Shown here: piece after piece, positions 23,640-32,431 of the stretch
Position numbering within the stretch: position 1 is the first letter of the stretch
Layout of the letters: every line of letters begins with the position of its first letter
Assembly: GCA_021792115.1 (NCBI GenBank)
Contig: JAJYVI010000001.1
Coordinates: 1 to 34,496 of the forward strand
Origin: Candidatus Micrarchaeota archaeon
GTDB lineage: Archaea > Micrarchaeota > Micrarchaeia > Micrarchaeales > Micrarchaeaceae
DNA length: 34,496 bases
Direction: 5' to 3'
Program-made: the position numbers and the translations under genes
The notes under the pieces: generated by a model
What the model was told of the DNA's origin: nothing
The model's database searches: none
What the model saw: the letters and a program-made list of their open reading frames with translations, nothing else

Positions 23640-23931
23640 TTTAGCATTATGTAGAATAACTTTAAATAACTTTAAAAGCTAAATTCAAAATTTAAAAACA
23701 AAGATTATCTATATTAAATCTGATTTCTGTCTTAGCGATTAGGTTTAATATTGCCTTTTATGCCTTGCGCTTGAGCGCTTAAATAGCATAGATATTGCCT
23801 TAAACATGTGCTAAAGCAATTTTTAGATTAATAAGATAAACAAGATAATATAAAACAAAAAAGTATATAAATCTATGTGATAAAGCAACAATTGCCGTCA
23901 TAGATCTGCATTTGCCATGCGGCGCTGCAAT

Positions 23932-25017
23932 TCACCTCTTCATATTGCGTATTGCATTTGCAGATATTGTTTTATTTATTCTTCGGACATCAAAGCCCAG
24001 GCCATTGTATGAAATCTTTGACGGAACTGCTTTGAGTTGCAACACATTTGGTTTGCCGTTTTTCCAATGCCAGCTCGCCATGAGGTCCAGCTTGCTCTTC
24101 AAGTCACCAAGAGGCAGTGTGTTTGAATTCACAGTTGCAATTGTAGATGAAAATTTTATTGTTTTAAAATAAGACAAACTACATAAAATTGGTATATAAA
24201 ATGATGATCCATTTTCAAGTATAATTCTAGGGGCAATTGTCGAGTCCTCGACAATCCATTCGCCTGATATCATCGATGATTTGTAAGTAACTATTTTTTT
24301 GAAGCTTTGATTATTAGTCAGGTTGTCTATATTGATTTCCCACTGATTCTTGCTTTTGCTCACCAGATTTATTTCAGCGTAAATTTTATCCCCAGGCTTT
24401 ACTGTAAATTCTTTTCTCGGTATATATACTGGCTGAAAAGGCAAAAGCTCGTACCATGCCTGATTAATAAATTTCTTTTTTCTTACTGAGTAAGTTGAAT
24501 CAGTTCCTGTCTGTATCAATGTATTGTCGCTGGATTTGCTCCCCCCTATCCCGATCCACTCGCTAACATCGCTTGGGGGCCTTGTAACCAGAAAAAATGG
24601 CATGTTGTTTACATTTATTATAGTTAGCTTCTTTTTCGGCTTTACATAATTTATTTCAGGGACATTCCACTCTCCTTTAATGCTTGAAACTACTGGGAGG
24701 GGGTGCTTGAAACTTGATTCTGTAATGTACCCGCTCCAGTTTGACGAAAGTGAAACTGAAAAAGAGTTAGAACTGTTTTCAGTTTTTGCAGTAGATACAG
24801 TCTGAGAATATACATTGCTGTTTTTATTGTATCCATTAGATATGCTAGCAGGAATATTGGCAGGTGCTGCTGCAATTGCAATTGCAATAAATGAAGCTGC
24901 TGCAATATTTTTTAATTTGCTTGCAATATTATGCATGCGCCCTGCATTATCATTATTATGCCTTAAAAATTTTTGGCTGCTCTCATCAATACCTTTGCTG
25001 TTTTTAAATATCTGCAT
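23932..25017 (-). CDS. Membrane-anchored or secreted glutamic peptidase, family G1 (eqolisin / Peptidase_A4 fold)
   Basis: 'SSNWSGYI', 'EWIGIGGS...NTLIQTGTD' (catalytic Gln context; compare sWvGIDG..lLQtG) and 'SGEWIVEDS' (catalytic Glu context; compare aEWIvEd). N-terminal signal anchor 'IAAASFIAIAIAAAPANI'. Confidence 0.72.
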   Translation of the reverse strand: MQIFKNSKGIDESSQKFLRHNNDNAGRMHNIASKLKNIAAASFIAIAIAAAPANIPASISNGYNKNSNVYSQTVSTAKTENSSNSFSVSLSSNWSGYITESSFKHPLPVVSSIKGEWNVPEINYVKPKKKLTIINVNNMPFFLVTRPPSDVSEWIGIGGSKSSDNTLIQTGTDSTYSVRKKKFINQAWYELLPFQPVYIPRKEFTVKPGDKIYAEINLVSKSKNQWEINIDNLTNNQSFKKIVTYKSSMISGEWIVEDSTIAPRIILENGSSFYIPILCSLSYFKTIKFSSTIATVNSNTLPLGDLKSKLDLMASWHWKNGKPNVLQLKAVPSKISYNGLGFDVRRINKTISANAIRNMKR

Positions 25018-25174
25018 CTTATCATCATATGCATAAAACTGTATTGCATAAGATATAAAAGGTTTGTGTGCAGTTGGTACTTAAAAGTTAAATTAAGTTA
25101 GGATAAGTTAGCAAAAAGCTTGCACAGCTAGGCCGCATACTTTGAGGCAAAATTAAGCAAGTAAAATAAGAAAT

Positions 25175-25222
25175 ACAGATGCACCAGCATCTGTAAATGA
25201 GATCTTGCCTGGATGACAGGCA
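25175..25222 (-). terminator. Two hairpins plus a T-rich tract downstream of aEF-2
   Basis: TGCCTG/CAGGCA (25206-25222) is a 6-bp stem and ACAGATGC/GCATCTGT (25175-25194) is an 8-bp stem with a 4-nt loop. On the - strand they are followed by ATTTCTTATTTTACTT. The region starts 19 nt after the EF-2 stop. Confidence 0.4.
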
Positions 25223-25240
25223 GACAATGGCATCCTGTGC

Positions 25241-27430
25241 TTAGTCCATGAACTGCTGCGGCTGAGGAGGTTCTGGAGGCTGTCCTTTCCTTGTTCTTAT
25301 CTCGCGCACAATTTTTGCTTGTAACTCAGACGGAAGTTTCTCAAAGCCCCCGAACTCGTGGTACCATATTGCCCTGCCCTGGGTAAGGCTTCTCATTTCA
25401 TTCGAGAACCCCTTTATGACTTCTGAAACAGGCAGCTTCGCAACTATTGTGACCTGCTCGTTCTCCTGCGAGACTGTGAGCACTTGGCCTCTTTTAGACT
25501 GCAGGAATGATACCATATTTGACATATAGTCCTGTGGTATGTTAATTGTAAATATTTGCTTAGGCTCTAGGAGCTGCACGCCTGCTGTAAGCAAGCCTGC
25601 GTATATCGCGCGCCTTATGGCTGGTATTATCTGGGCAGGCCCTCTGTGCACAGGATCCTCGTGTATTGTTGCATCTGTAATGCCTACCAGGACTCCTGTC
25701 ACCTTCTCCCTTGCCAGAGGCCCGTCAGTAACCGCCTCCTCGAAGCCATCTATCAGTAACTCCATGACTTCATTAAGATACTGAACCCCATGGCTTACAT
25801 CTGCAAGTACGCAGTGATTCTTGACATACTCAATATTCTTTGCAATCTGTCTGTCTATGCCTGCTTCTATAAATGCCTCGACAGCAGACTGACCTTTTGG
25901 CTTTCCTTCATGTATCTTGCCCTCGTCCATGGCCTTTAGGACTGCATCAGGCAATGGCTCTACAGTTATATAAAACCTGGAGTGCTTGTTCGGCGACTTT
26001 CCCTCTATAGGCCCTGCCTTTTTGGAGATAGTCTCGACATAAAGAACTATTGGTTCGCTTGAAATTATCGGGATGCTAAACTCGTCCTTGAGCTTGGTCT
26101 CTATTGTCTCAAGCTGCAGCTCTCCTACTCCGCTGACTAGGTGCTCGCCAGTATCCTTGTTGACCTCTATCCTGACTGTCGGGTCCTCCTTTGATAAGGC
26201 TCTCATGGCTTCTATCAGCTTGCTAGTGTCCCTTGAGTCCTTGGCTTCTATCGCCTTTGTGACGACCGCTGTGGAGAACTGTATCTCCTCAAAAGGCTCT
26301 ATGTCATCCTCGCTCACAGTATCGCCAATTGTAAGGTCTTTTAACCCTGCCAGTGCGACTATGTTTCCTGCTGGTATAGAGTCTACTGCAACCTTTTCAG
26401 GACCCATATATATCGCAATCTGCTGCAACCTTTGCTTAAGGGTCTTGCCTGTCACATTCACCTCAAGTCCTTTTCTTGCTGTTCCTGAAAAGATCCTTCC
26501 AACTGCTACTTCACCAGAATGCGGATCGTACTTTATACCAAAGACGACTATGTTTGTCTTGCCGTTCGCATTTGTTGAGAGCATGTCCTTGGCATTGTCT
26601 GAGTCAAGGTCTCCATGCCAGATCTGCGGAATCCTGTATGGCTGTGCGTCTTTAGGATTTGGAAGATGATCGATCATCATTGCAAGTACTGCTTCTTCTA
26701 TTGGTGCTATTTCCTGTAACTTTGACTCGTCCCCTTTCTCTGTAAGTTCAAAGATATCCTTGAAGGAAATCTTCCTAAGGTCCATAGTAGTCTTTGATAC
26801 TGCCCATCTCTTCATAGCAGATCCAAAACAGACAGCACCATTATCAACACTTAATTGCCATTGATTAGCAAATTCCTCTGGCGCATACTTTGAGATAAGC
26901 AAATTAACATCCTTTATTAATTTAAGCAGCCTCTCAAATGTCTGCTCTTTGGTGAGCCTGAGCTCGTTAAGCAGTCTGTCAACCTTATTGACAAACAGCA
27001 CTGGCTTGGCTTTCTCCTTTAGGGCCTGCCTAAGAACTGTTTCTGTCTGAGGCATAATGCCCTCTACAGGGTCAACTACAAGAACTACTCCGTCAACAGC
27101 TCTCATAGCTCTTATGACATGAGATCCAAAGTCTATATGGCCAGGAGTATCTATTAAATTTATTAAGTAATCTTCATCATTGTAATTGAATCCAAGAGAG
27201 ATATATGCGGACTTTATAGTCATTCTTCTGTCTTTTTCAATTGCCTCATAGTTTGTGTATAATATATCTCCTGCTACTGCTTTTGAGATAAGACCTGCCT
27301 TTGCAAGCAGAGAATCAGTAAGTGTTGTCTTGCCATGGTGCACGTGCGCGATTATCGCAACATTCCTTATCTTATTAATGTCTCCCATTATCTTTGTTAT
27401 TTCAGATACAACATATTCTTTTCTTACCAT
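25241..27430 (-). CDS. fusA: Translation elongation factor 2 (aEF-2)
   Basis: G1 'AHVHHGKTTLTDSLL', G3 'DTPGHIDF', and the diphthamide-site context 'HEDPVHRGPAQ'. Length 729 aa. Confidence 0.97.
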   Translation of the reverse strand: MVRKEYVVSEITKIMGDINKIRNVAIIAHVHHGKTTLTDSLLAKAGLISKAVAGDILYTNYEAIEKDRRMTIKSAYISLGFNYNDEDYLINLIDTPGHIDFGSHVIRAMRAVDGVVLVVDPVEGIMPQTETVLRQALKEKAKPVLFVNKVDRLLNELRLTKEQTFERLLKLIKDVNLLISKYAPEEFANQWQLSVDNGAVCFGSAMKRWAVSKTTMDLRKISFKDIFELTEKGDESKLQEIAPIEEAVLAMMIDHLPNPKDAQPYRIPQIWHGDLDSDNAKDMLSTNANGKTNIVVFGIKYDPHSGEVAVGRIFSGTARKGLEVNVTGKTLKQRLQQIAIYMGPEKVAVDSIPAGNIVALAGLKDLTIGDTVSEDDIEPFEEIQFSTAVVTKAIEAKDSRDTSKLIEAMRALSKEDPTVRIEVNKDTGEHLVSGVGELQLETIETKLKDEFSIPIISSEPIVLYVETISKKAGPIEGKSPNKHSRFYITVEPLPDAVLKAMDEGKIHEGKPKGQSAVEAFIEAGIDRQIAKNIEYVKNHCVLADVSHGVQYLNEVMELLIDGFEEAVTDGPLAREKVTGVLVGITDATIHEDPVHRGPAQIIPAIRRAIYAGLLTAGVQLLEPKQIFTINIPQDYMSNMVSFLQSKRGQVLTVSQENEQVTIVAKLPVSEVIKGFSNEMRSLTQGRAIWYHEFGGFEKLPSELQAKIVREIRTRKGQPPEPPQPQQFMD

Positions 27431-27625
27431 AAAATCGCTGATTAATACTTAACACTTATTAATACTTATAATTTAGAACGCAATACATGAGTCTTTTTGA
27501 AGGTAATATTAAAAACCTTATGCGTTTAAGAAAAAATGCAAAACAAATAAAAGAAATGAAAGATAAAATAATTAAATTAATTTACCATGTGTTGTGAGAA
27601 ACTTAATCCGGAATGTAACACAGGA

Positions 27626-28228
27626 TTACTTTGCGCTCCTTGCCATTCTCTCTATCTCATTCCTTCTTTTTATTGCATACCCATTAGGGTCGTTTCTTGA
27701 CGCTAGGATAAGCTCATTTGCGAGCGCATCCCTCATTGTCATTTTCTTTCCGAATGATGCAAGTATTGCTGCAATTGAAATATTTCTTAAAGCATAATCA
27801 AGCCTTCTGCTTGCGCTTATATCTACTGCAATATTAGAAATTATCCCTCCGTATCTTACTCTTGTTGTGTCCTCGATAGGAGCTGAATTCTCGACCGCCT
27901 GTATAAAAACCTGCAAAGGATTCTGGTTTGTCTTTTCCTGTATTTGCTCAAATGCATCTTCTATAATATGCATTACTTTGAGCTTTTTCCCCTGCAGCCT
28001 GCCTTTTGTTCTTATGACATGGCCTCCTATCTTTCCTCCTGTGCCTCCTCTCATAAGAGCATTCTCAAGCCTCTCAATTATGTTTATCTTTGCCTTTGAG
28101 AAATCCTTCTTGCTTGTCCTTCTGTATGAGTTAGGATACTTAAGATCGTTCAGAAAGATATAATTCCTGAGGCTTTGGTCATTGACCTCCACCTCGTAGC
28201 TGTATTTGTCAAATAATAAGTTTGCCAT
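27626..28228 (-). CDS. rps7: 30S ribosomal protein uS7
   Basis: 'NIIERLENALMRGG...GKK' and 'AVENSAPIEDTTRVRYGG' are typical archaeal S7. It lies downstream of S12. Confidence 0.93.
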   Translation of the reverse strand: MANLLFDKYSYEVEVNDQSLRNYIFLNDLKYPNSYRRTSKKDFSKAKINIIERLENALMRGGTGGKIGGHVIRTKGRLQGKKLKVMHIIEDAFEQIQEKTNQNPLQVFIQAVENSAPIEDTTRVRYGGIISNIAVDISASRRLDYALRNISIAAILASFGKKMTMRDALANELILASRNDPNGYAIKRRNEIERMARSAK

Positions 28229-28230
28229 GA

Positions 28231-28659
28231 TTATCTCTTTGGTTTTTCAATCTTGCCCATCCTAAGCAGCCTGAGATTTGCACCATTCACTGCGACAACT
28301 TTGTATTTCATGCCTGGTATGCATCCCATCTGCCCTCTTTGGGACCCTCCGAGCCCTTCTATTGTTACCTCATCGTGCTCGTCTATATATGTGATGCTCT
28401 TGTCGCCAGGCACGAATGCGCCGACAACCTTTGAGTTCTTTATAATCTGAACCCGCACACACTTTATCTGTCCTGAGTTCGGCTGCTTCTGCTCGACAGC
28501 GAACTTTTGCAATACAAGCCCCTTTGTCCTAGGGACTGTTCCCATTGGGTCGAATTTCTCCTTAAGCTTGAATTTCTTCCTTTTCCACCATTTCTTAAGC
28601 AGTCTCTGGTGCTTTCTTCCTCTTACTAATTTTCTTGCCGCAAATTCTCCGTTTCCCAA
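28231..28659 (-). CDS. rps12: 30S ribosomal protein uS12 (TTG start)
   Basis: 'KQPNSGQIKCVRVQIIKN...VGAFVPGD...IDEHDEVTIEG' matches S12. The TTG start at 28659 abuts the eL30 stop (TAA 28660-28662). Confidence 0.93.
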   Translation of the reverse strand: MGNGEFAARKLVRGRKHQRLLKKWWKRKKFKLKEKFDPMGTVPRTKGLVLQKFAVEQKQPNSGQIKCVRVQIIKNSKVVGAFVPGDKSITYIDEHDEVTIEGLGGSQRGQMGCIPGMKYKVVAVNGANLRLLRMGKIEKPKR

Positions 28660-29136
28660 TTAATCACTTTGTTCATTTATTTCCTGAGCCCCGTCGCTCT
28701 CTGCATCTTCTGCAGATTCCTCTTCATTTTCTGAACCTGCCTGCATTGATTCCTCATCTTGCTCCTCCTCTACTGTTTCATCTTCATCTTCTATTTCTTC
28801 TTCCTTAGATTCAACAGAAGCAGTTGCAGCAGTTTCAGGAGCATTGAGTATATTTGAATTTCCAGGGTCTATGACCGCAAGCACTGAAACAGAATATGGC
28901 TTTCCACATACAGAACCCAGCTCCATAGAGTTGCCTGTAAAGACTTCAAGCCTTATGCCTGATATTCCAGTGATATACTTTATGTCATTTATTGCATCAG
29001 CTTTGTTTCCTGAAGCAATAACAACAAGCTTTGCAGAGCTGCTCTCGATGGATCTTATGACCTGCCTTGCGCCAAGAGCCACGTCCCCACTGTCAACAGC
29101 TAAGCGTATATCATTTGGTTGTATCATGCTAATCAA
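28660..29136 (-). CDS. rpl30e: 50S ribosomal protein eL30 (L30e) with a ~60-aa acidic C-terminal extension
   Basis: 'LAVDSGDVALGARQVIRSIESSSAKLVVIASGN' is an L30e/L7Ae-fold core of about 98 aa. The tail is 'ETAATASVESKEEEIEDEDETVEEEQDEES...DAESDGAQEINEQSD'. Confidence 0.82.
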   Translation of the reverse strand: MISMIQPNDIRLAVDSGDVALGARQVIRSIESSSAKLVVIASGNKADAINDIKYITGISGIRLEVFTGNSMELGSVCGKPYSVSVLAVIDPGNSNILNAPETAATASVESKEEEIEDEDETVEEEQDEESMQAGSENEEESAEDAESDGAQEINEQSD

Positions 29137-29168
29137 ATCATGTTTTTAGTGCTAATATAAGGGCTTAA

Positions 29169-29471
29169 TTAACCGAACAGCCCTGCAAGTCCTGCTGCTG
29201 CTTCTTCCTCAGATTTTTTCTCCTCTTTTTTCTCCTCTTTCTTCTGTTCCTGCTTATGTTCTGCTGCAGGAGCCTGAGCTTGGGCAACTTGCATGTTTTC
29301 TGCAGACTTCAGTATTTCTTTTATATCAACTCCTTTCAATGACTCGACAATTGCTTTTGCCTTTGCCTCGTCAGGACTGAATCCTGCTGCCTTTACCACA
29401 TCCAATAAACTCTTTTCGTTTATTTCTTTTCCTGCTGCATCTATTAGCAGAGCTGCGTACACATATTCCAT
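29169..29471 (-). CDS. rpl12: 50S ribosomal stalk protein P1 (L12e)
   Basis: '[19 protein letters not shown]' at the N-terminus, then an Ala/Glu/Lys hinge, then the conserved tail '[13 protein letters not shown]'. Confidence 0.93.
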   Translation of the reverse strand: MEYVYAALLIDAAGKEINEKSLLDVVKAAGFSPDEAKAKAIVESLKGVDIKEILKSAENMQVAQAQAPAAEHKQEQKKEEKKEEKKSEEEAAAGLAGLFG

Positions 29472-29509
29472 AGTTTCACCTAAAAATTCATTAGTATTTT
29501 GTTTTTTAT

Positions 29510-29551
29510 TATTCTGTTTTTATTTTATTTTATTCTGTTTTTATTTTATTT
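29510..29551. repeat. Exact 21-bp tandem duplication in the P0-P1 intergenic spacer
   Basis: TATTCTGTTTTTATTTTATTT occurs at 29510-29530 and again at 29531-29551. On the coding (-) strand it is A-rich, so it is not an oligo-T terminator. Confidence 0.85.
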
Positions 29552-29643
29552 ATTTTTTATAATATTTTCTTTTTTTAATATATAATTTAATTTAATATTT
29601 ATAATTAATTTCAATTAATCTGTTTTTAAGTATATCTTGAGTT

Positions 29644-30492
29644 TTATTTTGCACTGCTACTGATTGCATTGTTTGCGCTAGCTGCTGCCAGAAATGCATT
29701 TACCAGAAGCTTCTCAACAATGCCCTTGTCATAGAGCTTTGCCTTTACTCCAAAGAACATTGCATTAGTATATGCCTTTGATATAAATCTCTTTACTGTG
29801 TATTTATTAACTATTTCTTTGTCAATGCAGATTGCAAGTGCGCCGTTGAATGCTTTGTATATGTTGCTTAGTGTGTAATCCTTGTCTATTCCAAGAATAT
29901 CTTTTGTGAAAATCAGGTTCTGTGAAAGCACCAAACTCGGCTCTATTGTAACAGTAAATGGCTTTATGTCAAGTATTCTGAGTACTTTTGAGATAGGTGC
30001 AGTAATTACCTCGTCCTTCTTTATCACTTTATCCTTTCCAATTACAACTTTTCCTTTCTGTATCTGCACATCTATTCCTGCCTGCTTCAGTTCTGTAACG
30101 GTCTGCCCTGGCTGTATGTTTGTCTCTCCACTTTTTATTACTATCTCTGAATTTGCTTTTTGATTAGGTTTTGCAGCAAGCTTAAGTTGGTTTGATTTTA
30201 ATTTTTTGAATATGCTGAATCCTGTATCATTCGTCATGAATACTGCATGCTGAGCATGCTGCTTCTTCAGCTCGTCTGCGATTGGCTTTAGCCTTTCCTC
30301 GCCTTCAAGGGCCTTCAGCAAGAGTCTTTTCCTTGCAAAAAGCACTTTAGCGTCGCTTTTTATGCTGTTCTTTGACTTTTGCAAGAGCTTATCAGGAATG
30401 CGCTCAATCGGAATAAGACCTATTGTTTCATACTTTTTGAGTTCATTCCTTGCATTTTTTATGAATTCGCTCTTTTGTGTTTTTGTAAGCAT
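29644..30492 (-). CDS. rpl10: 50S ribosomal stalk protein uL10 (P0), short form
   Basis: 'KTQKSEFIKNARNELKKYETIGLIPIERIPDKLLQKSKN' is a typical P0/L10 N-domain. The position between L1 and P1 fits. It is only 282 aa and ends '...AAASANNAISSSAK', without the acidic GLxxLFG tail. Confidence 0.85.
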   Translation of the reverse strand: MLTKTQKSEFIKNARNELKKYETIGLIPIERIPDKLLQKSKNSIKSDAKVLFARKRLLLKALEGEERLKPIADELKKQHAQHAVFMTNDTGFSIFKKLKSNQLKLAAKPNQKANSEIVIKSGETNIQPGQTVTELKQAGIDVQIQKGKVVIGKDKVIKKDEVITAPISKVLRILDIKPFTVTIEPSLVLSQNLIFTKDILGIDKDYTLSNIYKAFNGALAICIDKEIVNKYTVKRFISKAYTNAMFFGVKAKLYDKGIVEKLLVNAFLAAASANNAISSSAK

Positions 30493-30564
30493 AAAATCAT
30501 GTTATTATTTAATTTGATTAATTAATTTGATTTTTGATTTTTAAGATTTTTAATTAATGATTGA

Positions 30565-31197
30565 TTACATTATCTTTATTGCACTGCTCATTGTCAGTTT
30601 TGTATAAACTGATTTTATTGCAGGCTTGCCTACTTTTTTTACCAGAGCATTAACTACAGAATCTATATTTTCTGCAATATCATTCACAGGCATTGTCTCA
30701 TTTCCTACAACACAGTGAATTGTAGGAAGATATTTACCTTTGCTTTTAAGTGTTATTGATCCTGACAGATTTTGGAACATTTTTTCCATGTCTCCTATTA
30801 TTGGCTTAGGCATCTTATTTCTCGGTCCTAGAAATTGACCAAGATTCTTTGCTATCACAGGCATAAGGCCTGGTTCTGCAATAAGATCATAGTCTAATAA
30901 CTCGTTCCTTTTTACCTTGTCATTTGATATTGATGGAATTTCTGCAGATGGTATTATCTGCTTTGCTCCAAGAGACTTTGCCTTTTCAGAGACATCTCTT
31001 TTGTCTGCAAATACTATTATATTAGTAGACTTTCCCTTACCTTTCGGCAACGTTACATCTATATTCAGCCTGTTCTGCTGATTAGAAAAGTCAATGCCTT
31101 TGAAATTTATCGCAAGTTCAACAGACTGGGTAAACTTCCTCTTTGACTTATTGTCAGAGATAAATTTCTCTAATGCCTCTAATGTTTTTGCTTCCAT
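30565..31197 (-). CDS. rpl1: 50S ribosomal protein uL1
   Basis: 'RKFTQSVELAINFKGIDF', 'LGPRNKMPKP' and 'IHCVVGNETM' match L1. SD GGAGGG lies upstream. Confidence 0.93.
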   Translation of the reverse strand: MEAKTLEALEKFISDNKSKRKFTQSVELAINFKGIDFSNQQNRLNIDVTLPKGKGKSTNIIVFADKRDVSEKAKSLGAKQIIPSAEIPSISNDKVKRNELLDYDLIAEPGLMPVIAKNLGQFLGPRNKMPKPIIGDMEKMFQNLSGSITLKSKGKYLPTIHCVVGNETMPVNDIAENIDSVVNALVKKVGKPAIKSVYTKLTMSSAIKIM

Positions 31198-31371
31198 AAA
31201 ATCAATCCCTCCTGTAAACTACAGTCTTAGCGGGAAAATTAGAATGTAATTATTTTATAATTAAGACAAAAAGTTATTTAAACATTTATAAAAATTTCAG
31301 TTACAGGAATGCAACGCTTTATGCTATAAAAGTGCGCATTTATAAACTTGCAGGCATACATGTTTGCAGAT

Positions 31372-32361
31372 TTAGTATATTTTTATTTTTTTATTTTTAT
31401 CCTGCTGCTTTGAATTTTGCTTTGTTTTTATTGCATATGCAACCTCCATTATATTATTGAATACAAACTCTGGTTTTTCCTTTGCAATCTGCTCAGGAAA
31501 ACTCATGCCGTTGTCAGAGACAATCAATGACTTGCATCCTGCATCCCTTGACGCCCATATGTCAACTATTGCATCACCTATGTAAACTGTTTTCTCCACT
31601 GGGACTCCAAGCATCTGCGCTGCCTTAATTATACCTTCACCTGACGGTTTTTCCTTTGTAATGTCTTCCTTGCAGATTACTGCATCCAAAATTTTGTAAT
31701 ATGGCACATCCCTTTCCACTGCATTGCGACCGCCATTTGAAAATAGTGCCAATTTATAGCCTTTTTGCTTCAATAAGACCATTGCTTCTTGCGAACCTGA
31801 AATTGTTTCAACAAGCTTTTTGCCTTCATCAGAATTAAAGAATTTTCCATATTCATCATAAATTATTTGCATTGTTTTTTCTGCTGCATCTGCGCCTTTT
31901 TTGGCAATGTAATCTTGAATCAAAGCAGTAACAAATTCTTCTGCATCAGGCTTCTTTAAAATGTCGATAAGCTCCGCTTCTTTATGCAAATCAGAAATTG
32001 CAAGCAAAGCATATATACATTTTTTCCTATTTTTGTACCTGCCAAGGCCTTTAAGATGCCACACTGCATCTGCATCAAATTTATAGTCTATGCCAACTGC
32101 TTTAAATCCTACTTCAAAAGATTTGCTGTCAAGTTCTGTTGTATCCCTCAGGACGCCGCCTACATCAACCACAAAAAGCTCTGCATCATTAAGCTTGAAA
32201 ATTTTTTTGGGTGGTTTGGATTTTAAATAAAATTTAAGCGTATCTGCGCCTTGAGCTGCAGTAGGCTCTATAACATTATCTTTTTTTCTATTCATATCAA
32301 GAATATAATTTTGAAGTTTATTGTTTATTTCCATTTTATCACATCTTGCCAACACAGGCAT
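31372..32361 (-). CDS. HAD-superfamily hydrolase-fold protein (subfamily IA-like) with a variant motif I
   Basis: Motif I 'FVVDVGGVL' (D-x-G, with the second Asp missing), motif II 'LALFSNG', motif III 'KEKPSGEG' and motif IV 'VYIGDAIVDIWASRDAG'. There is a ~70-aa N-terminal extension. Confidence 0.7.
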   Translation of the reverse strand: MPVLARCDKMEINNKLQNYILDMNRKKDNVIEPTAAQGADTLKFYLKSKPPKKIFKLNDAELFVVDVGGVLRDTTELDSKSFEVGFKAVGIDYKFDADAVWHLKGLGRYKNRKKCIYALLAISDLHKEAELIDILKKPDAEEFVTALIQDYIAKKGADAAEKTMQIIYDEYGKFFNSDEGKKLVETISGSQEAMVLLKQKGYKLALFSNGGRNAVERDVPYYKILDAVICKEDITKEKPSGEGIIKAAQMLGVPVEKTVYIGDAIVDIWASRDAGCKSLIVSDNGMSFPEQIAKEKPEFVFNNIMEVAYAIKTKQNSKQQDKNKKIKIY

Positions 32362-32431
32362 TTTAAAATTAAGCTAAAAAGATATTTAAACTTTTATTGC
32401 ATTCAGTCAATCAGCGGAACGCAGTATATAA

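Noticed and set aside
31206-31235. Nested inverted repeat (TCCC..CTGTA-AAC-TACAG..GGGA) in the uL1 leader, considered as an L1 autoregulatory 23S-rRNA mimic
   Set aside because: On the mRNA strand the GGAGGG and GAC elements are in the opposite strand order to the L1-binding sites I remember. In Methanococcus the site lies inside the coding region. The stems are short (4 and 5 bp). It may simply be SD-proximal structure.
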